A stretch of DNA of 64,000 bases from Nageia nagi (lineage: Eukaryota; Plantae; Pinophyta): the NCBI GenBank assembly GCA_050084985.1, contig JBITNC010000002.1, forward strand, positions 30,814,001-30,878,000. Reading direction: 5' to 3'. This document shows positions 37,500 to 52,130 of the stretch, in pieces; within the stretch, counting starts at the first letter, position 1; the number at the start of each line of letters is the position of its first letter. The position numbers and the translations under genes were made by a program. Below the pieces are notes generated by a model. The model saw only the letters and a list, made by a program, of their open reading frames with translations, made no database searches and was not told the DNA's origin.

Positions 37500-38400
37500 T
37501 GTAATTTTACCACAATCCACCATATCAGCTTGGATATTGTTTTTTAGTATGTAGCAATCTTTTGTGAGGTGTAATCTCTATTTATGATAATCACATAAAT
37601 GCTTATATTTGATTTTAGGGCTAAATTTTGGATCTTTGGTATCTAGAAGAGCCAATATCATAAGTTTCTTTTTGACAAAGAGTTCCAATACTTCATCAAT
37701 GTCCTCATAGATAGGTGTGAACTTCCTTTCTTATTTCTTGGGCTCTTAGGTGACCTTTTTTGCTTTCTCTGTAGCAATTTATATGGGATTTTTAGGCTGA
37801 TATTATTCCTTATATGGAGTTCTATTCCTTTTATCCTTTTACAATTCTCCATAATTTATCAAGAATATTCCTTTTTCAATAACAAAATGATGAAAAGTAT
37901 GCAATGGTTGGTTATGATAATTAAAACAAAGTACCTTATATTTATAGTATATCAATTGAATGAATGCTTCAAGTTTATTATCATCATCAATGATAACTCT
38001 ATTTGTAATCCTCTTCCAATGTTTAATAAAATCTTTGATTGTTTGGCCTTCTCTTTTCTTCAACTGCATTAACTCAGTAAATCAGGTCTCTTATGGAAAA
38101 ATACCTTGAAAGCATCAATGAATGATCATTTTGGTTGTATAAAATCTTGAATGCTATTATGAGGTAGCTTGTTAAACCATTTAAAATCACTTTCTTTCAA
38201 TATGAGAGGAAATAACTTAGTGTGCAAATCTTTATCCAATGTAATAACTAAAACTTGATCTTCAAAAATTTGCATATGTGGTCTTGTATCTTCATGGCCC
38301 TTATATATTATGAATTTCAAGATATTTGTGGTTTCTACAATAGCCTATCATATTCTCTGGCAAAATGGATTTCTATCTTCTTCTTGTTGTGATTCTTTTC
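37500..38400 (-). pseudogene. Decayed Gypsy gag
   Basis: YKGHEDTRPHMQIFE, KLFPLILKESDFKWFNKLPHNSI, LKKREGQTIKDFIKHWK and a CDYHK...H.TKDC.ILK zinc-knuckle-like motif (~37545-37600). Confidence 0.75.
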
Positions 38401-39885
38401 CATAGGATATTAAGAGTTCTTAAAATTGCTTGAGTAATTCATTCATATCTAGAATAGGAGAAGTTTGAGTTGTATTAATTACCTCATGTTTTTGAACATG
38501 TCTTTTAGGAGTATGAAGGACTTGAAAGTATCCTTCCTTAATATTTCTATTATCAATAATACTATATAGAACTTATACAAAGAGTCCATCCATCTTATCT
38601 AGAGATAATTTCTTCATGGCCTTATCATCATGGTTGATAATTATGGTATATTTGATATCATTATCTTATCATGAACAATCAAGAAAAGGACTTAATGCTT
38701 TTTGAATATAATATTGATCTATTGAACTCTCCATTATTCCTCAAGATCAAGATAAAAAATAACAACTAATGTTGCTTTGTATTTTATTATGAACACTCTT
38801 TTTTTTTTTCTCTAGCCTTATGCAACTTGGCCAAGAATTCTTTGAAAAATATTACTTTTTGTTTAGTAGGAAAGTTATCAAAATAAGATTTGTGCCAAGC
38901 ACCCAAATATTGACGCTTGATTTGATTATCTTGATATTTCAAATGGGGATATGTTTCAAAGGCTTGAAGATTAACAATATGGAGCTCTTGGGTCATGCCA
39001 TCATTAGTATCCATGCCTGATAAATCATTGGGATCAACCTCATCACCCATACCAAGTCCTTCAAGTTCTTGAGCATGAATAAGATCCTCTTCTTGTTATA
39101 TCATATTGCTTATGGTCATTAGAGGCCTAGTTCTAATGCTAGGATGCTTTAAGCCTTCTGAAGCATTTAAGGTAGCCTTTGGCACTATATTCTAAATGAT
39201 AACTTCTATTTTAGCATCATTTTTTTTATCAAGTTAGAGTTAGTGATACCCCCAACGCCACAACTAGGGTTATTATTAATTGGGGTTAGAAGCAAGGGTT
39301 GAGCAATATATTTTGGTGAAGAGCATTCTAGAGTGTCTTCATCACATTATGAGGAACCAATTTTATTGATATATCTTTCATGATTTCCAAGACTTGGAGG
39401 GTTACAATTAGATCTCTTTCCTTTGCTACTTGGATGAAATCTCCTTCAAGAAGAGATATAGTTTCCATAGGAGTATTCTAATCTAATTAAATATAATTAT
39501 TTGAAGTACTACTGGTGTATGAAATCCTTCATCTTGTTATTCACTATTCTTTTGATTACTTTAGTGTATGGTTTGGGAAGGCAATTCTACTATGGAGCTT
39601 TCTCTATAATAAATATCTTGACCACTTCCCCTTTAGGAGAATCTTTTGGATTTTTATATTTTGAGTTATAATCTTATGCTTTTCCATATAGGGGAAAGCT
39701 TATTTCTCTTTCTTATGCATGCATTGTTAGTATCCTTACCAAATACATTTATTGTTTCTTTTCCAAAAGTATGGTGAGGAACATTAAGGAAAATAAATAA
39801 AGAAATTTTTTAGAATAATCACAATAATTTTATCAAACCCTAAATTTAATGTTTGTAAAAATAAAATATGCTAGTTTCACCAATA

Positions 39886-40623
39886 TGTAGATGATAAAAT
39901 GTAATCCTAAAGTGTAGTAAAGGATGAAGCAATTATATCTACTTAATTTAAGTGCAAAGGTTCTTAAATTCATACGATCACTTAATAACTAATGAGAATA
40001 GATCAAGATAATAACAATGATAGAATTTATAACATCATGCCCAAACCTATGAGATAATGGATTGATAGACACATACTTATTTTTTACTTAGATTAAAAAT
40101 ATGCATTTGAAGAGATGTGGACAAACATTAAGACTTTGGTCTTAGGTATTATAATAATATCTTGCATGTAACCAAGCATTTGCATTGGCCATAATGTTGG
40201 TGATAGGATCCTAAAGATGTAAGTTGATCATTTCGATATTGATATCATTTGTTATCCTTCAAGATAGTACAAAAGTTAAGGATGATTCTAGAGTATAACA
40301 AATTCTAATATTGATAGGTGGTGTTGAACACCAAAAAGTTTGTGAGAGATATGCACACTCCTATCGAGATGAAATCTTGATAGTCTTAACATAAATATAA
40401 TTCTCAATTTAGAGGTTTAGGAATATACATGAATGCACCTTTGCATGTTAGCATCGAAATTGATAGTACAACCTGCAAAATAAGAGAATTACACAAGAGA
40501 AGTAACTTAGGTAGATCATAAGCAATATTTTTAGTATAAAATAATGTTGTATTGATCATAACAATGTGAAATTTATATGACATGTAGTTTGGATTAAAAA
40601 GGATGTCAAATTATGTGTCAACA
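39886..40623 (-). repeat. Gypsy 5' LTR
   Basis: TGTAG...TCAACA; PBS-like site adjacent on the internal side. Confidence 0.85.
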
Positions 40624-40639
40624 AGTATTGCATTAGTTT

Positions 40640-41460
40640 AAATTCTTTTTTTCTTAACTAAACCCTTGAATGTTTTCATAGTTTTAGAGTTGTATTAACT
40701 AATCCCTTTAATATTTTCATAATAGGAGGCAAGTCAGGAAGTCCATGTGAAGAGGAAACTTGTGAAGAGGAAATTATTGAAGGAGATGATGAAGCGATGT
40801 AGAAATTGCATTGCTTTAAATTCTATTTTTTACTATTTTCATAATAGGAGGTAAGGCATATTTTTAATGGAAATCTATTATGGATGCCTTATTTCTAATG
40901 TACTTTATTTTCAATTTTTAGGACTCTCATGAAGTGTAACTAAATTTGATGAGGGAGGGTGTGATTGTAGAAGTTGATTTGAATGGTGATGAGGTTTGCA
41001 TCCTTGATTCATTAGCTTCCTACATTTCAAAATTTTAAAGTTGTATTAACTAACCCCTTGTATATTTTCATTATTTTGAAGTCATATTAACTAACCCCTT
41101 TAATGTTTTCATAATAGAAGGTAAGACAAGGAGGTGAAGAGGCAACCCGTGAAGAGGTAATTCATGAAGGATATGATGCATTTATGTAGGTCCTAAATTT
41201 CTTTAAATTATATTTTTCTTAACTAACCCATGTAATCTTTACCTAATAATATGTAAGACATGTTTTCTTTGGAAATATATTATGGATACCTTCTTTTTAA
41301 TGTACTTTTTTTTTCCAATTTTGAGGACTCTTATCATGTTTAATTGAATTCAATAGTAGAGTGTGTAACCCAAGAAGATGAATTTCATGGTGACAATATT
41401 TGTATCCTTGATCCATTGGTTGCCTATAATTCTAAATTATAAAGTTGTCTTAAATAACCC
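40640..41460 (+). repeat. Tandemly repeated intron/mini-exon units (acidic exons; TTAACTAACCCC branch-point-like repeats)
   Basis: Repeated ttaactaacccc...cataatAG|GAG...; a 72-nt AG/GT-bounded unit at 40922-40993; continues 29850-29985 across the Gypsy insertion; paralogous to 56500-56922 and 58921-59410. Confidence 0.6.
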
Positions 41461-41469
41461 AAAAACATC

Positions 41470-42200
41470 AAAATTTCTTGATCATTGTTGCATGGGTTAT
41501 CTTTGATAGATAAAAAGGAAAAATTAACTACATTTTACAATGCATGAATAATGATTAATCCTAATATACATTGAAAATTGCATCTCATTAAAAGTCTTTA
41601 TAGTGTTTTTATAAAATCCATTTTGTGCATATCTTGAAATCATTGTAGTCCATGAAGTTACATATCTTGCAGTCATTGCATATTTTGTATTTTTGGGTAT
41701 GATATATCTATGAAACTATGTGTATCCTCTAATCTTTGCATTCCATAAAATTGTATTTTCATCATGCATCTTGTTAAATAATTCCCATATATTGTGTATT
41801 CTTCTATATTTTACATATATGTATAGCAAGGCATTCACAAAAATAATATCCAATTTACAATAACCAAGTAGATACATCCACATAGCCAATTCAAAACTTA
41901 TTTATGTTATGTATCTCATGAATTGCATATAGGGAAACCTTATTTTAGCCATGGATTTCATATCCTCCAATCATTGTAGTCCATCAAACTATGTATACCT
42001 TCTTCTAAGCTCCCATGCATGGTGGGACATGCTCAAAAAATGTTGGTAAAGATTACAAAGTTTAGATTTACATATGATAATTGCATCCACTTAAAATTCT
42101 ATATAGATTTTTCATACAATCCATTTTGTGCATATCATGTGATCAACATAGTCTATGAAACTAAATTTTGATTAATCTTAAATTTTTTATAACACACTTA
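41470..42200 (-). pseudogene. Degenerate PLS-class PPR fragments
   Basis: TSWTTMISRYAQNGFYKNTIKTFNEMQ and LFNKMHD motifs; paralogous to 59430-59860. Confidence 0.7.
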
Positions 42201-43374
42201 TTTATGTTTTATACCTTGTAAAAAAATATGGTTTTCCTCTATTTTTCATGAATGTCCTTATCCTTTGAACATCAAAATAACTACCCACTTTAGCATGAAT
42301 ACTATAAAGAATAACATAAGATAGAAACTATTCAAGTCTTATGGACATTTTGGTAATGAAGTTATACTTGCAACTTGTACATATCAAAAATTACTATATT
42401 CTCCATTTGAGTATTTAATATTTTCTACATAATGAGGCCTATTAATGTAGTTTTTATTATGATCTTCCTTCTATCTTAATTTTGTATTCAATACTTCATA
42501 ATAAAATTTTAAAAACCTTTCTTGAAAAATTAATAGGAGTACAAATTCGACTACACTCAAATAATAATGGTATATTTTTTATGCACCAACTCTTTTTCAA
42601 TGAGAGTCTCAATTAAAATATGTCTACATGCTCATGTTATAAGGTTAGCATTTTATAATCATAAGTTTAGAAAAATAAGTTATCAATCTACACTAGTTCT
42701 CTATAATTATAATATATATATATATTAGTATTAACTTGTTAGAAGTGCATACTTTTTATCTCTAGTTTTATATCTTAAAATAATTTAGAACCATTAAGAT
42801 TCAAGGCCATAATGTCTTATTCACCTATAGCAAGTAAAAATTCATGTTGATTCTTTAAAGTTGATTTTTTACTTAATAATATAAAATAAATAAGAACATA
42901 CTTAGAAGGTTACAAATCCTTCTTCCTATTTTCATATGTAAGTAAGTCCTCTCTCCACACAAAGTATGGTGTTCCATATAATTAACTCATTATAATCAAG
43001 ATTATTATTTACATGAGAAAGAAGTGTATTTCTTAGACAATGGCAAACTCTAAAATTTTAACATCCCTATAATATACATGTTATATTTATTGTATTAAAT
43101 ATTATAATTATTTGAATAATTTGAATACTTAATTGGAGTTGAAAATATACTTGTATATTTCTTTGATGTAGATCAATAAAAGGGTTTCGAATATGTACAT
43201 CATTATCAAATGTGTATCAATGTATTTCACATGCTTTCTATAGAATCCATAATAAGGGCTTCTTCTAGCCATATAAATCCATACATATTTAGAGAACCTC
43301 GATGTTATTATTCATATACACATCAAAATCCTTTCACCTTCATTCCTTTTTAAGGTACCTCCTTTATAAATATT

Positions 43375-43710
43375 ATATAAATAAATAAATGTATTTTTAA
43401 CATCATTTTAAACATATTAATTTGTACAACCTATCAACAATTTTTAAATATCACAACACGTAGGGGGTGGAGTTGAACTTAGAACTTTCAAGATGTGTAC
43501 CTTCACACCCACTTATCTCTTAAACCCCATAATATGAGGTGATTATAAATGTAAATATATCTTTAACATCCTTATAAACCTATTGATCTATGGTATCTAT
43601 CAATAATTTTTAAATATAATCAATGTAGGTCGTCAAACTTGAACTTAGAACCTTCAATTTAAGTGCCTTCATTCCTATTTGTCTCCTAACTCCCCTAACA
43701 AGAGGTGATA
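43375..43710 (-). mobile_element. Head-to-tail pair of family-2 SINE-like units (~167 bp each)
   Basis: Each has gttctaagttcaa (B-box-like) followed by atatttaaaaatt.ttgatag; homologous to 14945-15070. Confidence 0.5.
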
Positions 43711-44495
43711 TCAAAGGTTCATGTAGTAATCCACTAAGTGAGGATAATCTATGATATATGTATTATCCAATTTTGTGCTTCTTATAGACTAAGTGGTGGT
43801 TTTAGCATTAATGCATGTATGTATGGCAAATGCATATCTATTGTACTCAATTTAAAGAAAATTATTAGTAATCTAATTTGATACAAATGATCAGTTAACT
43901 CTACATGAAATATTGTTCAATATGATCACATTATCCATAATGTTGTAGCAAATCATATAAAATAATCTACAAGATAGGACTTAAAACTTTTACATATCCT
44001 ATAATTAATCAATTTCAATTGGTATATTTTCAAAATTTTCTTCATAAATATTATTGATAAATTCCATGCATGATAATGCAAGATAAAATTCATTACAAAA
44101 TATCTAAATCAAAGGTGTTTTTCAAGACAAGGATCTTGATATCAAATCAAATGCATCACAAATTCATGGATATGTAATTTTTAAATTTATGGTTCCAACC
44201 AATCATATCATCTATCAGGGAATAATTTATGATTTCAACCAATCATTTTGTCCATAAAAAAATAACATTAAAAATATCATTTCAACTAAATTATCCTTTA
44301 CATACTTATTCATAGGAAATACACTAGTACTAAGAAAATAATTCATTACCTCATATTTTACATTTGAATTATAGTTGTCTAACTAGGGGACTCATCTTCC
44401 CTTGACAACTTGACACTTCCCTACAATGTCTGACATCCCAACATATCAACTAGGAAATTTTGTGGGCCCCATTTGCTTTTTGGCAATGTTTGCTA

Positions 44496-44910
44496 CATAT
44501 TCGTGAAACTATTCAGTTAAACATAATTTTTTAAAAAACTTGGTTACATATTCATGAATCTAATATTCCTAATAGCTTCATGAATATGTAAACATGGGAA
44601 AATTTGGTGCAAAATTCCCACAACTATTCAAGAAGATTAATATCATAAATATGCAAAAATAAATTTTTTTTTAAACTCAGCTGCATATTCGCAAAACTAA
44701 TATATCATTTTATCTTTGTGAATATTCAAACATGAAAAAACTTGACTTCATATTCATAAAACTAATAAATTAATTTAGCTTCATGAATATGAAAACATGA
44801 AAAACCTAGAGCATATTTACAAAGCTAAAATAATATATTAGTTTTGTGAATATCTAAACCTAAATTTAAGAAAAAAATTTAATTTTATGTCATTTTATCT
44901 TTGTGAATTT
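44496..44910. repeat. Array of short palindromes (CATATTCRYGAARCTAA-N10-reverse complement), subterminal-repeat-like
   Basis: Motif alternates in orientation at ~44496, 44547, 44573, 44684, 44710, 44749, 44776, 44812 and 44838; same motif at 63778-63980. Confidence 0.7.
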
Positions 44911-45119
44911 ATGCAAAATAAATTAAAAAAATAGAACCATGCTTTTGGATGCACTAACCTGCATGATAAACCATTAATGTAGGCTCATTTCAACACATAA
45001 AGTCAAATGTAGCTTAGAAAATATTATTTCAATCCCTCCACCTTGAAACTCTAGAGCTAAGGAAAGGTGTAACAATATTTCTCAATCTCAAGTTGTACAA
45101 GTAAGCTGTGAAAATATTT

Positions 45120-45700
45120 TTTTTAATTTGCATGATTTATTGTCTATGAAATTGAATTTTTACCATGCATCTTATCAAAAATGTATGGGCCTTTTGTTAT
45201 ATTCTTCGATATTTTGAATACATATTTACTAGGGAAGTCATAACAACAACATTTGATGAAAACCCATGTTAAACAATTTATGGACCTTCACAATTCTCCC
45301 ATATTTTGTATACATGTCTACCATGACACTCACAACAACAACATTAGATGAAAATCCATTCTCAACTACCCTTTGATAGATGTCCATTCCTTCTTTTAGA
45401 GCTCCCATGGTTAATATTTTTTAGGGCTTTTGAATTCTGACATTTTGCATACATGTCTATCAAGGCACTCACAACAACAACATTTGATGAAAACCCATTT
45501 TAAACTACTCTTTAATAGATGTCCATTCCTTCTTCTAGAGTTCCCATGGTAGAATATACTGAAAGAATGTTGGTAAAGGTTATAGAGTTTGGATTTACTT
45601 AATAAATTTGCATTTTCATAAAGGTGTCTAGGGTAAAAACTATTTTATGCATATATTGTGATCATTGCAATATATGAAACTACATTTTTATGAAGAATAA
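45120..45700 (-). pseudogene. Degenerate PPR fragments
   Basis: FDKMHG...S*TI, DVVVVSALIDMYAKC (rc of gcatacatgtctatcaaggcactcacaacaacaacat) and GMDI motifs. Confidence 0.7.
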
Positions 45701-45884
45701 TATTTTTTATAAGAAACTCATTTATGTTTTGTCTTATGAAAACATGTTAGTCATTTAATAGAGAAATATTCATATTAAATCCTTATTACAAATATATAAT
45801 CATTACTTGAAATATTCTAATTATTTTTCATTTATAAATATCATGAATTTTTTTATAAGCAACTCATTTATGTTATGTGCCTAG

Positions 45885-46390
45885 TGATGGAAATTTGAGT
45901 AACACACTAATTTCTTAAATCCCAAGATCCCTTGAAAACACTCAACTTCAACATAACATAAACACAAACTCAATGCAAGTAATCTCACAAATTAACACAA
46001 GAGATACAATGTAAAGTGGTTCCTCCCTCCTTGGGAGTACATATACTAATCTAAATCTCAATTTCTCAAAATGCACTCTCTTACAACTCAATCCCTACTT
46101 CTCCTATAACCTAACCAAGAGCATAAATTTTTTCCAAAACTTGTTGTTGAAACCATTAGGGGAGACTCTCTATTTATAAGTAAAATTCCTTTGTTGGGTC
46201 ATCCTATTGTCCAAGGTACACACCAAGACCCAATGTATATTCTTTTCCCTTTATCCTTATGGATAAGCATGAACTTACAAGTGGGTGGTGTGTGGGTATC
46301 AGTAAAGTAAAGTATTTAAGTGGATAATATTAAGGAGGTAATACTTATTTTTGTAGATACCTAACATAATATGCATTATAAACTTTAACA
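45885..46390 (-). repeat. Copia B 3' LTR
   Basis: TGATGGAAAT...TTAACA; ~35 bp shorter than the other LTR. Confidence 0.95.
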
Positions 46391-47189
46391 CTCCCCCTTA
46401 ATACAATATTGGGGTAGAGCAAAGAAGAAGAGAAGAAAGAGAGAGTTCTCCTACATAATACAATTGCATATGAGAACATTTACATTTTGATAAATAATAG
46501 ATATCTTAGATTGAGACACACTACTTTACCATTTGACAAAATGGTTTACAATACAATCATTAACCATAACTAATTTCATTGTATAAGGTAATCATTCAAC
46601 ACACATTGACATGGTGAGTCTTCATGAGCCTACCCACCCAAAGTAAGTAGCCTACATTAATAAGAAACATGCATGCTACAAGAAACTCATAAACAAGATC
46701 ATTTAGATGCATCATATAAATATTCATATCAACATAAGATAAATGAATCAAATAATTCCATTCATAAATTGATCAATGGTGCACTATAAGTCATCATAAA
46801 GATGCCAAGCCACTACTCATAGTCACCTGCTATATATAAACATGTATTGATTATCATCACAAATAGAGCATAACAAAATGCACATACGAGTTCCTCACAC
46901 ATGGATAACTAAACAATGCCAAAAGACACATACAAGTTCCTCACATATAGATAACTGAACAATGAAAAAATGAAGATCCATCATACACATATATGAGTTA
47001 CTCTCACTTAGATAATTGAATAATGCTAGTGATGGTTAATCATATGCTCAAAATGCATAAGTTTCTCATGTAGAGTGAACTTACCACAAAGATGTACAAT
47101 AAAATCAACACTATACAACCACACAATCCTCTTAGGGATGGATTTTTCATCACAGATATGAATTCAACAATAATTCAATCCTCATTTCC

Positions 47190-50100
47190 TCTTGAGGGCA
47201 ACTTCACCAACCTAATAGACTTACTAAGCTCATTGAAATGAGCTTTAGGAAGGGCTTGATGAAAAAATCAACAAAGTTTTAGATTGATGGAAAATACTAT
47301 AGTTGTAGGATACCATCTAAAACCTTCTTCCTAATAAAATGGGCTTGGATTTCTATGTGCTTTATTCTCTAATGGAATATAAGGTTCTTTGCTAAAGTAA
47401 TGGTTGATTGATATTCTGAAGAAATCTGATATGGATGAGCCTCTTCATACCTAATTTTTTTAGAATATGCCTTAACCAAATGGCTTCTTGGGTCACAAAT
47501 GATATCGTACAATATTTTTCCTCTATGGTGGAGAGAGCAATAATAGGTTTCTTCTTGGAATACTAAGACATAACACCTAAACCAATGTTAAACACATATA
47601 TAGAGGTTGATTTCCTATCATCTCTATCTCCTTCATAGTTAGAATCTGAGAACTCTAAGAGAATAAGTGAAGAAAACTTAGAATACTTAAGATCAAGATC
47701 CTTTGTTACAACAACATACCTCAAGATTTGTTTAACAATATTAAGGTGCTATACATACAATTTTGCATAAATTGTACCATTAGATTTACTATGAAGGTAA
47801 TATTTGGCCTGGAGATAGTCAAATATAATAGACTACCAATTAATTACCTATATTTTGTAGCATCTACCAATTGAGAGTTAGAGCTAATAGATAAAGTGAT
47901 TCTAGGAGAGACTAGGATCATAACAAGTTTTCACTCCTCTATTCCAAACTTTTGCAAAATATTTAATATCTTGAATATGGGCATCTTTACCATGGGAGTA
48001 AATATTTCCTCATAATCAACTTTGTATCTTTGAGCAAAACGTTTGGCCACTAACCTTGCCTTGTACTTCTCAATCTCCCCAATTGAATTGTATTTAACCT
48101 TATAAATCCATTTATTATCAATCACATTCCATTCATTATGATAGGGAACCAAAAACCAAGTTTCTTTTTTCATAAGCATCTCATACTATACTCTCATGGC
48201 TTCCATCCAGTACTCATGCTTTGAATCTTCTTTAAATTATGAAGGCTCATTATTTTGTTATCAGTTTTGGAAAATAAGGATATATTTAAGGTCATACTTC
48301 TTATTATCCTTTATGTCAAATAATTTTGCTCCTAAGGGGACTTATCTACAATAACATCCAACTAGTTAGGTGCAATAGAAGAGTCATCATCATCATCCAA
48401 GTTCTCATAGGAAGCATTTTTCTTAGGTAGTTCATTGAACTTTAAATCCCTTGATATGAACATTGCTTTATAGGATGGAGAGTAAAGCTTGTAACCTCTA
48501 TGCTCACTGTCATAGCCCACAAAGATGCATTTTTCATATCTTTTATCCAATTTTTTTTTCTTTGAAGTAATAAAGGCATATGTATCACAACCAAAAACCC
48601 TAAAGTGAGTTATGTTAGGTTTATTTCCCATCCATGCCTCATACTGTATTTTTCCTTCAATTTCTTTTGTAGGAAACCTATTTAGGGTGTGGATCACAAT
48701 GTTTACAAATTCACCCCATAAGAAAATAGGGATATCATCCAACATGCATCTTTCTATTTCCATAATGATTTTGTTCTTTCGTTCAACAACATCATTTTGT
48801 TGAGGGTTGTAAGGATTACAAAATACCTTTTGATCCTGTATTTGGCGTAATAGTCATTAAAATTATTATTATTATACTTACCCCCATTATTTGATCTTAG
48901 TATCTTGATTTTAAAATAACTTTGATTTTCAATTAGGGCTTTAAAGTCTATGAATATATCAAAGATCTTATCCGTATGCTCAAGTCGATAACCAAATATC
49001 ATCCTACTAAAGTCATTAATAAAGGTCAAGGCATAAGATGCTCCCTTAAGGAAATTAGTCTGAAATGGATCCATCAAATCTGAATTCACAAGTTTAAGAG
49101 GTTGTGTTGCCTTATCTTCTTCAAATTTTTTCCTATTCATTTTACCTAGGATGCACTTTTCATAAAGACCAATTATGGGTGATATCTTAGGTAAACCTTT
49201 CACAAGTTCTTGGTTTTTTATATCTTGAATGCTCTTATGGTTAATGTGACCTAATGGATGATGCCAAAGATTTACCTTAGAGAAAATATTTGCTGGAACT
49301 TGATCCACTACGGAGAGATCATCTTTTATTGATCCTTTCACTAAGGTGGCAAGTCCCTTCTTAATGCACTAGAAGTGTGAGATAAACTCAAATGAGTAAC
49401 CTTTTCTTGTAACTTGAATTATGGAAAAAAGGTTCATATTGAGTTTAGGCATATAAAGAATATTTTCAAGAACCTTCTCATGAATTAACATACTCCCAAT
49501 CCCTTGGACATTGAGGGTTGAATTATCACCTATCACAACTATATCTTTCTTGTACTTATGATAATTTTCAAACTTAGCCTTGTCATTTCACGTGTGATTA
49601 GTTCACCCAGAGTTAAAAATTCAATAATTTGAGAAAGTATATTGAGACTTGGTGTTGTAAGCACAAACAAGATCATTTTTATATTCTTCTTCCCTTTAAA
49701 GTTCTTCGCATTTTCATTTGCCTTATTCTTTTCATCCTTTTTCTTTTTATATCAGTAAAATTCTTTGTGATCATAGACACCATAAAAGTTATAATTACCA
49801 TAAAATTTGACATTTATATTTGGTTTGTTTGCCTTGCCTTTTCCACCTCTTTACTTGTAGTTTCCATTATCCTTCTTTTCAAACTTCTTGGTAGTAGTAG
49901 GAAATGATTTCTTTTGATGCTTGAACTTCTTCTTGAAAGGAGGTTTGATTACTCTATGAGCAACATTATTTTTATTTAAAGAAGAGACCAACACCTTTTT
50001 ATTAAGATTTTCCTTATGCTTTAAAAGGAGCCTTGAAAGGGTCTCGAGAGAAAAGACTTATTCTTCATCGTCAAGCCTAGTCTTAATAAGTGTCATAAAG

Positions 50101-50576
50101 TTAGAGAATTTTGAAGAAATACTTTGAAGGATGATAAAGACCATGAACTCATTATTGATCCAATTACATCCACAACTAAAATGTTGGGTCCTAAGGTCAA
50201 TGACCTTGTTCAAATAGATGTTAATATTTTTATCTTCCCCTTGACAAGATTGAAGCAAATTTTGGATAATGGTGAACCTTCTCAAAAATTTTCATCCAAG
50301 GTAAACTTTCTTGAGCCTATCCCAAGCATTATTTGCAAAGTTTGATGAAGAGATCATAAGAAACACTTTGTCTAACATTGCATAAAAAATCATCGAGGTT
50401 ACTAGCTCATTCTTGGAGTTGTAAATTTCAAGTTCTTTCTCACTTGTGGGAGCAACTTGGTTTTCAGTCACTGTTTACCTTAGTTTCCATGATTAGAGCT
50501 CTTCTTTCATCCTAGGTTCTCAAATATCATAGTTGGAACCCTCTAGGATGTTTTCAGGTGTAAATAAGTCTCCCAT
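47190..50576 (-). pseudogene. Decayed Copia gag-pol polyprotein
   Basis: Start MGDLFTPENILEGSNY (50576); degenerate zinc knuckle (~49760-49810) and protease (IFNSG.TNH); GAG-pre-integrase LWHHPLGHIN; integrase; RT YKARLVAK; RNase H KHIEIQ. Confidence 0.9.
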
Positions 50577-51592
50577 TTGCTAACATTAACCTATGGAAGC
50601 ATGTTAAATGTTTTCAACTAAACTAATTAACCATATTGAATTTAATCAAACATACATGTTGAATTTAACAAAATACATTCCTAAATTAATTAATAAGAGA
50701 AAATATTTACAAACAAATTAAGTGATATATCCATCCCATATATCCAACATATTATCAAACCAAGTAACAAGTTGTAAAGGGGGTAAAGTTGAGGTTTGTT
50801 TTCTTTTCTAAAATTAGGCCTTTACCTTGATGCCCACAAGGTGGATTCCAAGTACTACCAATCTTCAACTAGTTCACCTTGGTCAATAATATACTCTTGT
50901 AAGGAGGAGCACTAGATATTTTCTAAGATTATGATGTATGTTGGATTAATCATATTATTATCTTGATTAGGTTATCAGAATAATCTCTAAATGGACAAGC
51001 GAACATGTGTTATAACTACACACATACCTATCCATCTATATGAAGTTATGTCCAAACCAACAAAGGACTTAGGGGTAATTAAGCACTATAAACTTTTCAC
51101 CACTTGGATCAATGAACTAAAAGCTCTAGTCTACCTTATCCTCATCTCATAACTCCCCAAACAAGTCATGTTTCAAAATAAAATGTGCAAATGTGTTCAT
51201 TTTATAGGAAGTTCTTTTTAATGTTTACAATTTTACAAAAACATAAAGTAAAGATGCATAAAGTAAAATGCTTAAATGAAATATCATCCAAACTTGAAAC
51301 CTATGATACATCATCCACAAAAATAAACCTAAGAGTCCAATGATTTTTATCACAATCCCTAGAGGATCTCTTTACATGGATTTGTTATTTTTAAGTAACA
51401 AAAAAGGAAAGTGAGGAATCCCCTTATTTTTACTTAAAAATTGCACTTAGCAAAATATTTCCTTATTTGCATTTTGTTTTAAAAACATTACTTAATACTA
51501 AGAAAACAACATAAAAATTGCCATAACCAAAATCATTTTAAGTGATCATTTATCCATCCACATATGTTCACAATAATAAGCATTAATCATAC

Positions 51593-51742
51593 ATTCATTA
51601 GAAAAGAAATCATTTAATCTTAACATGCATTCATTAGAAAAAAGATCTTTTAATCCTAACATGAATTCATTAGGAAAGAAACATTTAATCCTAACATGCA
51701 TTCATTAGGAAAGAGATTATTTAATCCTAACATGCATTCATA
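51593..51742. repeat. 36-bp minisatellite (about 4 copies) in the Copia B leader
   Basis: attcattag(a/g)aaaga...tttaatcctaacatgc repeated. Confidence 0.85.
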
Positions 51743-51884
51743 GGGCTAACAAAAGTTTCTAAGTAAATGCATTTATAGGAAAATACATTCCTGCCCTTTT
51801 TCACTTAAAGGTAAATGCATTTCCAATAAAATCCCCATATTAACAAATGGTAAATTATCCCCATACTTTAACTTTAAGCAATTA

Positions 51885-52130
51885 AATATGAGCTCAAACC
51901 TTTAAAATTTGAGCCCACACCTTAGTAATAATAAAATTGAGCTCAAAAATTTAGCCTACACCTTTAAAAAATTAATTCCACACTTGAAAAATTTGAGCCC
52001 ATACCTCTTAAAAAAAAAACTTTAGCCCACACTTTAAAATTTAAGCCCATACTTGAAAATTTGAAACCACATCTTAAAATTTGAGCCCATAATATTTAAC
52101 CCATTACTTTTTAATAAATTTGCCTATACT
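51885..52130. repeat. ~20-bp degenerate minisatellite in the Copia B leader
   Basis: ttaaaaatttgagcccacac-like unit repeated about 10 times. Confidence 0.75.

Larger units (their letters stand above)
29986..40623 (-). mobile_element. Ty3/Gypsy (Tat/Ogre-like) LTR element, 10.6 kb, lacking pol
   Basis: LTRs 29986-30721 and 39886-40623 (~85% identical over the first 140 bp, by eye); PPT AAAGAGGGGAATG next to 30721; PBS-like TGGTGAAACTAG next to 39886; degenerate TSD TGTAC/AGTAT versus GGTAC at paralogous empty sites; gag remnant; no RT/IN seen. Confidence 0.85.

Noticed and set aside
44496-44910. CRISPR-like look of the palindromic array
   Set aside because: Eukaryotic context, degenerate motifs in alternating orientation, related spacers, no cas genes.
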